From positions 25,234,001 to 25,298,000 of the forward strand of contig NC_045720.1 in NCBI RefSeq assembly GCF_009834535.1: 64,000 nt of DNA. Reading direction: 5' to 3'. Source of the stretch: Camelus ferus (taxonomy: Eukaryota). Both the position numbers and the translations under genes were made by a program. Below, piece by piece: positions 26,175-38,860 of the stretch (position 1 is the first letter of the stretch; each line of letters starts with the position of its first letter). Under the pieces are notes generated by a model that saw nothing but the letters and a program-made list of their open reading frames with translations, was not told the origin of the DNA and did not search any database.

Positions 26175-27320
26175 CACTTTGGCCACTTGTGTTGAATCAC
26201 CAACTATGCCCTCTTTAAACTGTGCCATCTGGATTTCATTCTTATAGGAAAGCTTCAATCTCTCTCCTCAAGGTCACCAATGGCTCCTTCATTTTAAATT
26301 TAAGTGTGTATTTTCTTAATCTTTCTTTATCTTGACTTCTCTGGAATATTTGATTAAGTTGATCACTTCCCCAACTCAAAATCCATCCCCAGCTCTCATT
26401 GCATCCCATTAACCAAATTTTCTTATTTTTATCTTTCCTTATTGCATCTGTAGTTATTCAATAAATATTCATTTAGTGCCAACTGTAGGCTAGGCACTAC
26501 TCTAGGCACTGGGGACAGCAGCAAATAAAATGAAGTTCCTGACTGCCTAAAGGTATTGATGTCTTTTATCTCCATCAGTTGTTCACCAAAGTCCATTCTT
26601 GGACCCCTCCTTTGGCTCCCTCCACACGCATCTCTTTCCACTTTTTCTTTACTTCTTTAAAAATCCATCTTTGTGCTAACAGCTATTGCTTTCACGAAGA
26701 TTACTCCCAGAATAATTTTGAGTTAGACAGACATGGGGTTCAAATCCTAGATCCATTACTTGTTATATTAATAATAACCATTGGTAAGTTGCTGAAGTAC
26801 TTGAAGCCTTGGGGTAAAATGGAGATAATAATCATACCTACAACATAAGGTTGTTGTGAGATAAATTAGAAAATACATGTAAAGTGTTTAAATTATCTAG
26901 CACTTAACAAGCATGTTATTGTTAATGACTATTCTTTTCTAAGTCCCTTATGCTCTTATCCATATTGTTCTCCTTCGGCTACCTCCTGTTAGATCATCTC
27001 TAACTGGTCAGTAAACTTGGCTTTTGGATGACTATGCTGTCCCAAACTCTGGGTGTCCATAACTATGATCATTTCTTTTTCTCATATGTAAGCTCTCTTC
27101 CTCAAATTTCTTATTTAGATTAATAACTATTATTCTTCAGGTCACTGAAGTTGAAAATTGCGGATTCCTACATCTCCTTAATTCTACAAGAGAAAATTTT
27201 GAACACTATTGAAACTTTTAGGTGTTTTGAGGACATGATCCATATTTTGTTCATCATAATATCCCCAGTTGTAATACAGAATCAATGCCCAAAAATGCTT
27301 GTTTGGTAGAAAATAAAATA
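26175..27320 (+). mobile_element. L2 fragment carrying nested antisense L2 end (26453-26550) and MIR
   Basis: ctctcctcaaggtcaccaatgg L2 ORF2-region motif; 3' end near 27240-27320. Confidence 0.55.
26715..26932 (+). mobile_element. MIR SINE
   Basis: gggttcaaatcctag and gtaaaatggagataataatcatacctacaacataaggttgttgtgag. Confidence 0.85.
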
Positions 27321-28632
27321 ATTAAGGACAATGAAGGACTGGCTAGAGGTTACGTTGAGGACAAAGAGCAGGTGCATAAAGGTAAAGGAATTAGTAGAGA
27401 GGGGAACCTTGAGACAAGGAGGGGAATTTCAAATTTATAATCTTGGAAGTGGGTCAATTCCTAGTAATGATGAATACATACTGATGGGTGGCTGTTGTCA
27501 AACTAGAGTAAGAGCTCTCAGGAGAGCAGTTTGCCTATGTTTATATGTTCACAGTTAAGCATGTATCTCAGAGCTTTTTTCACTCTGAGGAAATATGTGG
27601 GCAATTTGTCCGTTGAATGACAGTTCTTGCCATTGTTTTCATACCCTTTGGCCATTTGTGCTCCAAATTTAATGTCTCAGAGAAAACAAGAGGGTTTTTT
27701 CTTTAATCAGAGCTTAGTTTTGTGCCCACACAGCCTGCCTGCTGCTGTTGCCTCATATCTACACCTTTAGCCAGCCTCCAAAATGCTTTAGGAATCAATT
27801 GCCGGGGGAATGATAGTCTCCATAGCTGAGCCCTTGAATAATCAAGCTGCCACATTCATGCTACATCAATTACAGTGATTACTCTCCAGAGGTAATCCCC
27901 TAACAGATATGTTTCTCTCTGTGGGTGAACTCGGGGGGAAATGAATCAGTTTCTAAACAAATACTATTGTATTTAGAATAACTGAAATAAGCCTAAGTCT
28001 TTGAAAGATTTGGATAACTTTTCCACATAGAAAAGAAATGCTTCTTGCAGTCAGAAGAAATACAGTATGTCATGTGTTCCTCTTACTGTTTATGGTGAAG
28101 ATTCAGGCAAATAATGTGTCCTCCATATGCTGGGGACCAAATTTTGCCTCTGATGTAATACTGAACCATCAAGAATAATTACTGTAGTGTGTAAGTATAT
28201 AGGAGTTAATGTACAATGAAATATGCAATGATTAAATATATATATAATTTTAAAATTATTTATCCTTAATCTTTATTATTATTATAGTCTGATTTAATTA
28301 ATCAAGATTCAAAAATTCTGAGTCTTACATTTTAGCAATAAAATTGTCTGTAATTTTGGAAACCTCAGTAGCATTTTAAAAAATTGAATATACACAAGTG
28401 CCTACCATCATTTAATACGAATTTTTTTTAATTTTATAATCTGTGGCTGAGATAATTTTCATTGGAGTGTTTTAAATCTTTACAGGTAATTTATGCACAT
28501 TAGATGGAATTTAAACAGAAACAATTCAAATACAGGAAGAAATAGCCAATAAAATGTCTAAATTAACATTTTCAACATGGCAACTTAAAAAAATTTTCGT
28601 ATATAGCCCTATCCATCCTATTTCTATTTTGA

Positions 28633-28806
<174 letters not shown>

Positions 28807-29169
28807 TAGAAAAATTTACATAGTTTTTGATGTCTTATCATGAGATTTTCTTCACCACACTGCATGACAAACACCTTTACTTTTAGATGTCTTTCAGTTA
28901 TTTTAAAAATAAAATGACACGTCAATGTCATTATTCTCATTAAACACAAAAACACTCATATATCATTTTCAGTAAATGATTTCCATATGTGCATCAGAAA
29001 GAAAAATATATTACTGAAATTATTTGGTGAACTGTTATATATTGTCTGACTTTGTTCCTGTTTGAAAGTGGGTGGGAGAAGCTAGAACTTAGACCCAGGC
29101 TGGGTTCATGAGCCAAGATAGGGGAAGTGTGCAGGGCTATGGGTTGTGGAGCAGGACTGATAGATACTA

Positions 29170-29470
29170 CCAATGACTTCACTCATGTGGCTGGCAAGTT
29201 GTTGCTGGCTCTTGATTGAGAACTCCTGCATGTGGCTAGGTTGGGCTTTTCCCAGTATAGTGACCCAGGGTCATCAGACTTTTATTTGGCAGTTGACATC
29301 CCTCAGGCACAAAAAGGGAAGCTTCCATGCCTTTATAAGATTTATTAGACCCAGAAATGGCATGGTGTCACTTCCACTGCATTCTTTTGGTTAAAGTTTA
29401 TGATAGGGGCAGTCTAGATTCAAGATGAGACAAGTACACAAGTGTATGAACTATGAGGCATGATCCATTG
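29170..29470 (-). mobile_element. MaLR LTR fragment (MLT1J/K/L-like)
   Basis: Contains gacttcactcatgtggctggcaagttg and gtgtcacttccactgcattcttttggttaaag, typical MLT1 motifs. Confidence 0.7.
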
Positions 29471-29492
29471 AGGTCTCCAGAATAAGAACAGA

Positions 29493-29499
29493 CATCATT

Positions 29500-29542
<43 letters not shown>

Positions 29543-29564
29543 CCATCACCATCACCATCACCAC
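29493..29564. repeat. (CAT)n / (CACCAT)n microsatellite
   Basis: CAT x2, TAT, CAT x13 (29502-29540), (CACCAT) x3, CAC x2. Confidence 0.97.
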
Positions 29565-29735
29565 GATCATAATAGCTAATCCTCTCAATGTTTAATATGT
29601 GCAAGTTTGATATATAAATTCTTATCTAAGTTTTATAACAAACCTACTGGTTAACACTGTCTCCATTTTAAGAGGAAACTAAGCAAGTTGGGAGATGAAT
29701 TTTTCCAAGATAATAATATAGCAGTTAGTTGAAAT
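29565..29735 (-). mobile_element. MIR SINE whose tail abuts the (CAT)n repeat
   Basis: aatagctaat tail and ccattttaagaggaaactaag core. Confidence 0.55.
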
Positions 29736-30278
29736 AATCCATAATCCAATAATCATGTATTGCCTACAATATTAACTATTAAAATCTGCTGACAAAATGT
29801 CAAGGCACAGTAATAGAAGAGGATTTCCATTTGTGGACTTATTCTTATATTTTACATGTAATCTTTGGGATAATTCTTGCCTTGACAAATTTTTGACAAT
29901 TTCCCTTCTCAGAAGGTAAAGAAAATGATAGAGATGTGCTAGCCTAAATTCTGTCTTGATATTCTTGTAGAAAATGTGTAAAAACTGTAGTCAACATCAC
30001 AGTTTACACATTAGTAGGTTAGTAGTTGGCCAAACACCAATAAACAAAGAGTTTTCATAAATGAAGATCTCCAGTGGTGTCTCTATGTCTACCATATTTT
30101 TCATCAATTTAACTCTGAAAGTAGGTTTATAAAGTTGGAACCTTCCTGTCTTCAATAAACCATAAACTTAAGGTAGAAGTGTATTCTAAAGCCAACAAGA
30201 TAGAATTCTGCAGAGATAAATGTAAAGTCACCTAGACCAAAAATTTACAAAATTAACTGTGAGAATATAGGATAAAGG

Positions 30279-30670
30279 TGATGCAACCAAGCAAGAGCTC
30301 ACTGCCCAATGACACAAACTTTTGAGAAAAGAAAAAGCTTTTACTTTTAGGTTGGCTGGTAAGGAAACAGGAGGCAAGGCTCTCAAATCTGTCTCCCTGA
30401 TCCAGGGATCAGGATGAAATTTAAGGGGTCAGGGAAATTTTAAACTCAGAAGCTGATTAGCTAGTCTTGAATCAGTTCATATAAGCTGCTGGAAGCCATC
30501 TTTTCCTTATTGAAGGATTTCTTGCTTTTGTAAAGAGCTCCAGGGGCAACATTTATATTCCTTGATTTTTGTAGACTCAAGATTCTTGGTTCTGGGATCA
30601 TGCTGGAGACATGGCTTCCTGTTTTGCACATGCACATTTCTAGTCTTCACTCTGGCATTTAAAGATGGAG
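30279..30670 (-). mobile_element. Third, older LTR remnant (ERV-derived, family uncertain)
   Basis: Minus strand ends ...gggcagtgagctcttgcttggttgcatca, an LTR U5-like terminus. The other end and the TSD were not resolved. Confidence 0.45.
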
Positions 30671-30749
30671 TGATTTTTGGCAAATCATTTAACCCATGCC
30701 TTAACTTTCTCACTCATTAAAAGTGGTCATTAATAATAATACTTCACCT

Positions 30750-31256
30750 TGTTACCAAACTCCTTCTGCTCCCTGCACGACAGGACAGTAAATCAGGAGA
30801 GGAGGTGTTGGGACAAGGAATAACAACTCTATTTGGAAAGCCAGCAGACCAAGAGGATGGAGACATGTCCTAGAGAACCACCTTACACAAGTCAGAGTTC
30901 AGCCTCTTATACAAAAAAGCAGAGAGGGTGTAGGTGGTTGTTGCAAACTTCTTGGTGTCAGAATCCTTTGTTCTTGTAGCTGTCTATGTAAGTGAGGTCA
31001 TAGTTTTCCTGTAAACCTTCATCAAGACAAATATTATTCTCTGTTCTGCAACTTTTTATCTCTATATGAATGGAAAAGTGTTATACTCTTAGAAGTCAGA
31101 ACCTTGAGAATGGGCTATCCTGTATATTTCAGACTGTAGGCAGCAGTCTTTTACAAAAAGTGCAGAACCAGCATGACAAGCACTGGCAACAGAGCACAGG
31201 GTTAGAACTAAAGGAACAGATCTAATAGGGAGTCAGCTTTGTTCTTCCCTATTACA
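30750..31256 (-). mobile_element. ERV1-class solo LTR (MER34/MER39-like), copy 1, inserted in a MIR
   Basis: TG...CA termini with 4-bp TSD ACCT at 30746-30749 and 31257-31260. Aligns along its length with copy 2, and MIR sequence resumes on both sides. Confidence 0.85.
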
Positions 31257-31674
31257 ACCTGACTTGCTAATCCTTGAGGATTAGCTGTAAGTAAAGCCCT
31301 TGGTAGTGTTTACTACCTAGTAGTAAATACTAGGTATTATTATTATTATCCAAGATTAAAATATCAAAGACGGAAAAATTTTTCTTAACTCTGGCAAAAA
31401 TATTATTTTGTGAACCACCTTAACTCATATGATTATTTTCACCACTAAAATGGGGTGTGAAGAAATTATCTGAGACTACGGATAAAGATTCTGGCAAATC
31501 TGAAATACATTGCTGTTACTTAATACTACTAATAAAAGAAAATTGAATATAAAATTGTCATTATAGTGACTTTCCAAAATGGTGATGACTTACTAACTAT
31601 AAGCATCTGCCCCGTTGGCAAACTAGGCACATTAAGTAAGGAAGACTGACATGAAGTATGGCATTGACTCTTGT

Positions 31675-31817
31675 NNNNNNNNNNNNNNNNNNNNNNNNNN
31701 NNNNNNNNNNNNNNNNNNNNNNNNNNNNNNNNNNNNNNNNNNNNNNNNNNNNNNNNNNNNNNNNNNNNNNNNNNNNNNNNNNNNNNNNNNNNNNNNNNNN
31801 NNNNNNNNNNNNNNNNN
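31675..31817. other. Assembly gap (143 N)
   Basis: N run ending 3 nt before the second solo LTR. Confidence 1.
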
Positions 31818-31820
31818 AAT

Positions 31821-32359
31821 TGTTACTGAGTCCAAACTTATTCTGCTCACCACACAGCAGGCCAATAAATTGGGAGACAAGGTGTTGGGGCAAGGAATAG
31901 CGATTTTATTTGGAAAGCTGGCAGACTGATGTCCTGGAGAACCATCTTCCCCAAGTTGGAATTCAGGCTCCTTTTATATTAAGAGGGGCGGTGGTGGGGG
32001 TTTCGGTATGCTTGGTTTTTGCAAACTTCTTCGTGTAGGAATGAATTCCTTGTACTTGGAATCCTTTGTTATTGCAGCTGTCCACATGGGTCAGATCATG
32101 GTGTCCCTGTAAACCTCCAGTGAAACAAACATTATTTTCTATTCTGCAATTTTTTTTTATCATTATATGAATAGAAAACTGTTAATATCCTTAAACGTCA
32201 GAGCCTTGAGAAAAGGCTGTCCTGGATATTTCAGGCTCTAGGCAACATTCTTTTACAAAAGGTGCAGAACCAGAAAGACTAAGCCTAGGAAACAGAGCAC
32301 AGGGTTAAAGCCAAAGGAACAGATCTACTGTAGAGTCAGATTTGTTCTTTTCTATTACA
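31821..32359 (-). mobile_element. ERV1-class solo LTR (MER34/MER39-like), copy 2
   Basis: TG...CA termini, right flank AAAT (32360-32363), left flank nAAT. Minus-strand AATAAA at 31905-31910, followed by an LTR-type U5 end (...tttggactcagtaaca). Confidence 0.85.
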
Positions 32360-34549
32360 AAATGGGACTGAATTATTCTTTAATCATAGCTTTTATGATG
32401 TTTACTCCTCTTCCACAGAAAGACTATCACGTTTTATTCAAACTAGAACAATTTGTCAGCTGAGTTTCAATTCTACAGGGTCAGAAAATGAGATAAACTC
32501 CAAAAATCTGAGACATTTTGGCAAAAATGAGTCTGATGACTTTTGTTTTAATTAAAAGAATTTATCATATGTTACAACTTGTTACAACTTAGTTAACTTT
32601 CACCAGAACACATGGTATAAAGGGTTTCAGTTGTTTCCTCCAGAGTTTTTCTTTCACCTTAAGGCAACATGATTCCACAAAGAATGGATATAGACTCCTT
32701 ACGCCAACTCTTATCAATCACACCCAGTCCTGCTCCCTGCATCAGAACTGCCCGCTAGGGTGCACAGCCTTTGGGAAAAAGAACTTCTTGGCATGTACCA
32801 CTTCCTCCTCAGTCCTCACTGATCTACTATTATACACAATAAGATGCCTCACTTCTTTCTCAAGCACTGGACGTAGAAAGAAAGTTTCATCCCTCCTTCT
32901 TCCTGCTTATCCTCTCTCCTTCCCTTCATAGTGGTTGATATCTGTGGGCTGTCTCTTGCTTCTTAGGGTCTCCAGAACAATATGTTAAAATTATCAACAC
33001 ATGAAATTGCAAATATGTATGATCATTAATTTTAAACCTCTCTCAATATGGAAGATTTGCAATTTATTTGACTCTAACATTGGCTTTAAGCCTACACAAG
33101 TCTTTTACCTAAGCTTTGTTTTCACTTAAGCTTCTTTATGAGGAGATTCAGCAAAATCTGGTTTATGGATTTGTAAAGATGTTTGCCGAGAGGGAAGTCT
33201 GGAGTGGGCCTTTTTAATGAGGCACTTAGGGAACTACATTAACTCCTTCAAGCCATGAGGATACCATTTAGTGACCTCTAGCAATAACATTTATCAGCAG
33301 TGCTTTTTCATATAAAGCCCAATCAAGCTAGGAGTTCCAAATAGTACCCTAGTGGCTTAACTTTATAGAAGGTAGTGACTAATGCCCTAGAGACAACCTG
33401 TCTTTGTATTGAAAACAATTACCCCCATAAACAGAGCTTCCTATTGACACAAATATTTCAGTTTGAGCACCATACCTTCTGGGAGTTCTTTGTTTCTGGA
33501 AAGAAATTAAGAGCACATTTTTCAACTGCAACTTAACATCTTCACATTAAAAAGAGAAAAATATATAAGGAATATAAAATGCTGAAGTAAATCATTCTTT
33601 TGATCTTTCTTGGGCTGTCTCAGCAGTTAGAGGAGATGCACAGTTGAATTGTGTATTAAAGCACCTTTGGAAAGCCACAGCTCAGCAACCCTGACTTATA
33701 TCTGTTTTCTTTAATCATTTTACGAAAAGAGATGAAACCCATAAGATACGTGGACTGTGTCTGGTTTCAATTGCATTTCAGCTATAAAAAGTCAACACTT
33801 CCTATAAGCATTATCAGACAAAATAAAGTATCAGAGACAATTATTTTATTAACTTGGAAAAATGCAAATCAAAACTGAACATTTCTGCAGGTTTTGGCAA
33901 AAATTAATGAATACTGGTCTGTCCTTTGTGTACTTTTTTTTTAAGCAAAATATGCTTTTTAAGGCCAATTTTAAGTCAGCATTAGTTTAGGCCAAATTCC
34001 AGTCCCTTTTGACTTTTATTAAAGAGCTAAAGGAAAAATAAAGTTGATTAGCAATCTGTCTGAATTGTAATATCAAAATGTTTCATATAATTATGATTGG
34101 TAGTTCTCATGAAAGGATATGGCATAGCATCCTTGGACTTTATTTATAAAAAAGAAGAATTCTATTTTTATTACTATTGTTTGTTCATTCAATAAGGACT
34201 TGCTGTTTTTTCAGTATCAACACTGAATTTTGTATAAGATTTTATTTTTATTCTTATAAATGTTGCAGGCTATTTGGAGTAAAATATAAACCTATAGTAA
34301 GCTGTTATATGTACAATAATGTGAAAACCTTTTTTTGTGCATTGGCCATCTCTGTATTTCAGGCATAAATATTAATTTTTTTCAAGGACAGTCCCATAAT
34401 ACATAATCAAAACTTACCTCCTACCATGAAGCTCAATGTGAAGATGATGTTTTATGCCTATCTGTTCCCTCTGTACTACTTAGATAATTTGATCTGGTTA
34501 ATTTATTTTTTCTTGTTTGTACTCAGAATAGCTATTCTACATCATAATC

Positions 34550-34730
34550 CTATGGTTCCCCACCTTTGGTACCCAGCAGACTCACCTGTGGAACCTTTTA
34601 AATGTACAGATCTCTAAGCCCACCCTAGAAACACTGAGTCAGAAATCCCATACAGGAACCAAGTCATCTACATTTTTAAAAAGCTCCACAGCTATTTCTG
34701 ATATGCACCCCCAGTTGACAGCAAGTGTCA
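34550..34730. mobile_element. MER5-type hAT DNA transposon (MITE)
   Basis: tggttccccacctttgg...actcacctgtggaacctttaaaatgtacagat...tttttaaaaagctccacagctatttctgatatgcacc. Confidence 0.65.
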
Positions 34731-34767
34731 GAACTATCAATTTATTAGTATGGGCTTAAGATCTCAA

Positions 34768-34803
34768 AAACAAACAAACAAACAAACAAACAAACAAACA
34801 AAC
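34768..34803. repeat. (AAAC)9 microsatellite
   Basis: Nine perfect units. Confidence 0.97.
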
Positions 34804-35275
34804 AAAAACCTCTTTTGTAGATCCTAAAACGTATGAGTGTAGCAAGAAAGGATTTTTAAAAATAGGACCAAGGTAGAATTGAAGAAAACAGCTTCTCTTC
34901 AGCACTAGGAAAGCAGAAGCAACAGTAAGAAAGTAGTCTGCATGTCACAGTTTAGCCCCAGTTGCAACCAGTTGATTTAAATTTCTTATTTAATAATTAA
35001 CTTCTCAGATTAAGATAACAGTACTCCTTTATTATAAGCCCACACTCAACTTGTCATAAGAATATCTTAGTTCCTAGCATCTGAAAGCCTTTTAAAGAAT
35101 TGCTTCAGTATGCTCTTACTAATTTTCATCCTAAGACAAGACTCTGGATTATTTTTTGTTCCCTTTCTCATACAAAATAAAAAGGAAGACTGCTTACAGT
35201 CTCTTTGGAGAGAGGGAAATAAACAGAAAATCACTATATATTGTGATATATCCTCTAATAATATATATATATAAT

Positions 35276-35465
35276 TATAATAACAACAACTAGGTTTTTG
35301 TTAAGTGCTTCTCATGTATCATGCACTGAGATAAATGTTTTAGGTATATTATCTCGCTTCCTTCTCACAACACTATATGTGGAAATGACATTTTAAATCC
35401 CTGTTTTGCGTATAAGGAAACTGAGGCTTAAAATAACAGCAAATATATGGCAGAACAAGGCTTCA
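35276..35465 (-). mobile_element. MIR SINE
   Basis: ccttctcacaacactat and ataaggaaactgaggctt. Confidence 0.75.
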
Positions 35466-37704
35466 AATTGGAGTCGAGATAGGGAGTAGAAGTTGTTTAA
35501 TCAAAGCCAAGGCTTTGTTTCTAGGAGTCAGACTTGTGGTATGTCTGATAAACTATTTAACAGACACTTTACTAATGTGGGAACCCATTTCCCCTTCTTT
35601 CACGAATTTTTCATCCTTAAGATAAAACAGTTGTTTCTGCATCACTGCACTTAGCTATAAGAAGGTTTCCTCCCTACACCATCTCTCTAACAGTGATTTT
35701 GATGCCTTGTAGCCAAATATTTTGTTCCCATAACAGAGCATATTTAGACAGTTTTTTGGGAAGGTGCATGAAATAAAATTTTAGCTTATCAAAGCAAATT
35801 TCATTGCTTTCTTTTTAGTTGCTTCTTTCTCTATTTTCAGTCAAAAAAAAGCAAACTGTTTAAGAAGGGTTGTAAATCCCTACTTAGAAGGAGGTACAAG
35901 CCTACATGCCAAGATGCGGATGGAGGCTCTTGTAAGAATGACACAAATGCTTCTCCATTTCTCGGGTTCGTTGAAGATCACTGCACTTTTCCCTAGGGAA
36001 GCTGGAGAGCTTTTATGCATGCAACGCTTTCAACAGCATGGAAATATTTGACCTAAAACTTAACACTTCATCATTCTCACCCTCCTTACTCACATTTAGT
36101 ATAATTACTGAATCTCTTCTAACTGAGTACACAAAAGAGGGAATCGGCAAGTGGCTATAGGGAAAGTTTTGACATATCTGAGCTCAGAAGAAATGCAAGG
36201 AGAATCCCAGTGGTCTTTTTCTTCCCAGCGGCTGCTGCAACTGAGAATATGCTAATTCTTTGACTTTCAGTCCCCTGTAACTTTCTGTTTTGCTTATTCA
36301 CTGGAGAAGGTAAGCTTCACTCTTCTCCCTGGTATATAGCGCTAGCTGCCGTAAAAATGTGTAAAATTCTTAGCACTTCCTAAATTGCTCCAAAATTTCC
36401 TGCCACTGTGCAACTTTTGCAAAGTGTGACTTGAGCATCTGAAGAACAGAGGAGACAGGAGACACTGGAGTATTGTGTATAGTGTATCTGTACTCTGGGC
36501 TACTGGTGGATGGTCTTCAGGATGCATTTACCCACTGCAATTTGGACAAAGGATGTTCGTTTAATCAAAAACTAAGTTAAGTTGGGGAATAACCTTAAAA
36601 GTGTGCATATATACACTAATACATTCTGATTTACCTTGAAATATAAAAATATACATTCATTTACCCATATTTTTAAATGTAGGGTGAAAGCTTGGAATTC
36701 TGGATCAGTGGCTCTTTCTTAAAACTTTCCTATAATCAAATGCATCAAATTTCTAGCTTATGCTTTTTTTAAACTAAAGCAAGTAAGGCATATGCAAAAC
36801 AATGTAAGTTAAAAATCCTTTAAACTTTTATTTTCCCTGGTCTTTTAGAGTTGTTGCAACAATATATAATCCAAAAGCATTTGTTTTAGTCATTTGCTTT
36901 TATAGAGCAAACCTAATTATTTAAATTAGGTTTTATAAAAAAAATCCTCTTTCCCAGTTGTATTTAACTTATTTATACAACATTATAAATCTTATCATTA
37001 CTATAACAGAGCTGGCATAAGGAAGTTTGGGACCAAACACAATTGGCCTTTGGTAAGTAACTCAATTGGCAGACAGTAGTGCACAAATATATTTAATATT
37101 TTCAGTGTACTCTGGGCATCAATATATTTTAAAGATGGTATGGAGAATATTGATTCATGTGTTAAGTTGGTTAAAGAAGAAATTAGTTAAGAACACTTGT
37201 ACTGTAGTTATAATCCTATTAAGTTGATATATATTAAAATTGAAAGAAAAAAAATGTTTTCCAAATTCTATCCCCTGTATTGAAAAAATAAGGGTTGCTG
37301 TGGTTGTTTTAGTAATTTCCTCATACTTCTTAATATAGGTAAAATAAAACCTTTATTAATGAATACATCAATGAACCAGAATATTTTTTCTTTCTGCAAT
37401 GTCAAAGTATGTCCTGTGATTACTGGAGGTGTGTCTTCCAAGTATGAATTTGCGCAAGACAAATGAGGAGTGTGTCCAGATTCAGATTTATGTACTAGCT
37501 CTCAGATATTTTGATTCAGATTGGAGCCAGGAATTGTTCCAATGATTATGATTCAGTTGGGCACTTTAAGAAGCACTTCCCTAAAACTCAGCCAAATTAC
37601 CTACAACAAGAATTAAGTTTTAAGGTTACTTCTCTGAATGCAATTGCAGAATGCTGTAGTCTTTTGTTTTATTCCTTCCTCCCTTTCTTCCTTTTTCTTT
37701 GAAT

Positions 37705-37835
37705 TTCAGTAAAACATTTGGAGCATGCAGTGTATGCCAGCATTCTACTAGTCTTTGAGGATTCACAAATACAACACAACTTCTGTCCCCAAGGAGCTCA
37801 TAGTCTGGTCAGAAAACAAATACATAGATCAAGAG
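37705..37835 (-). mobile_element. L2 3' end
   Basis: tgtatgccagcattctacta and ctgtccccaaggagctcatagtctgg. Confidence 0.6.
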
Positions 37836-38693
37836 TTACGTTGAACCTCACGTATTACCAAGGAACACTTTCTGAGGCAACTGTAAATACCCAAAATCTA
37901 GAATGCCAGTATACTTAGGATTTTTTTTTTCCCTATCACTAACATCACCAACATTGAGTTGGCTTTTTTGTGTGTACTATTTTTTTTTCCCCACAAAGAA
38001 AACTGTTTTGAATACTTAACAACCGTGACTGGAATTGCCCTAAAGAGAACCTAGAACCATATTGAGATTCAGGTGCAGAGCAGCCAGCCTTCTGCCTCAA
38101 AATCCTAATCTATGCCAGTGAAGTATTTAAATGTTAAAAGTCTTGGATTTACAGATTTTCTCATTAATACTTAAAAATGAGAATGTTAAAGCTGGAGAAG
38201 TGAAGGTAATCTGTCATCTAACTGGTAATCTGTTTGTCATTATCTAAGCCTAACTTGACTTGTGAACAATAATAATAACAACACAAACACTATTAAGATT
38301 GTTAAATAGCTACCCTGATGATATTCATTGAAAAAAGTTTAAATTATTTTCAAAATATTCCATTAACTAGCATTTCAGAAATATTTTCAAAAGCAAGTTA
38401 TTACTGAGAAGCATTTATTGGTTAAACCTATCAACCATATTTATTTAATTCAAAAACATCTCATCTACACTGATTTGGATACCAGATTTTATTGAAATAA
38501 GAATGAGACATAAGCCTCAATGTAAGGAAACAGCAGAAAAGTGTTGAGTGAGTAATTGAAAAAAGCATGTAAAAATGTGAAATAACCATCTCTACTTTTA
38601 AAGAGTTTTTTGTTATTATGTAGTACATAGTTAAATACTAAAATGAAATGAGCTTCTCTGAAGTAACAGCTGCGTTGCTGTCTTCCTTTGCAG

Positions 38694-38860
38694 GGTTTTG
38701 GAAATCCCTCTGGTGAATATTGGCTGGGTAATGAGTTTATTTTTGCCATAACCAGTCAGAGGCAGTACACACTAAGAATCGAGTTAATGGACTGGGAAGG
38801 AAACCGAGCCTATTCTCAGTACGACAGATTCCACATAGGAAATGAAAAACAAAACTACAG
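38694..38860 (+). CDS. ANGPT1: Angiopoietin-1 exon 7 (fibrinogen-like domain)
   Basis: Acceptor tcttcctttgcag| and donor CAG|gtaagt; 167 nt, phase 0-2. Translates GFGNPSGEYWLGNEFIFAITSQRQYTLRIELMDWEGNRAYSQYDRFHIGNEKQNY(R). Confidence 0.98.

Noticed and set aside
29398-29604. Poly-Asp ORF (poly-His on the other strand)
   Set aside because: Translation of the (CAT)n microsatellite and MIR tail.
31597-31929. ORFs spanning the second gap
   Set aside because: N-run artefacts overlapping an LTR.
30750-32359. Two LTRs as the 5' and 3' ends of one provirus
   Set aside because: Each has its own 4-bp TSD, they are visibly diverged, and the 564-bp spacer holds MIR-like host sequence rather than retroviral internal sequence.
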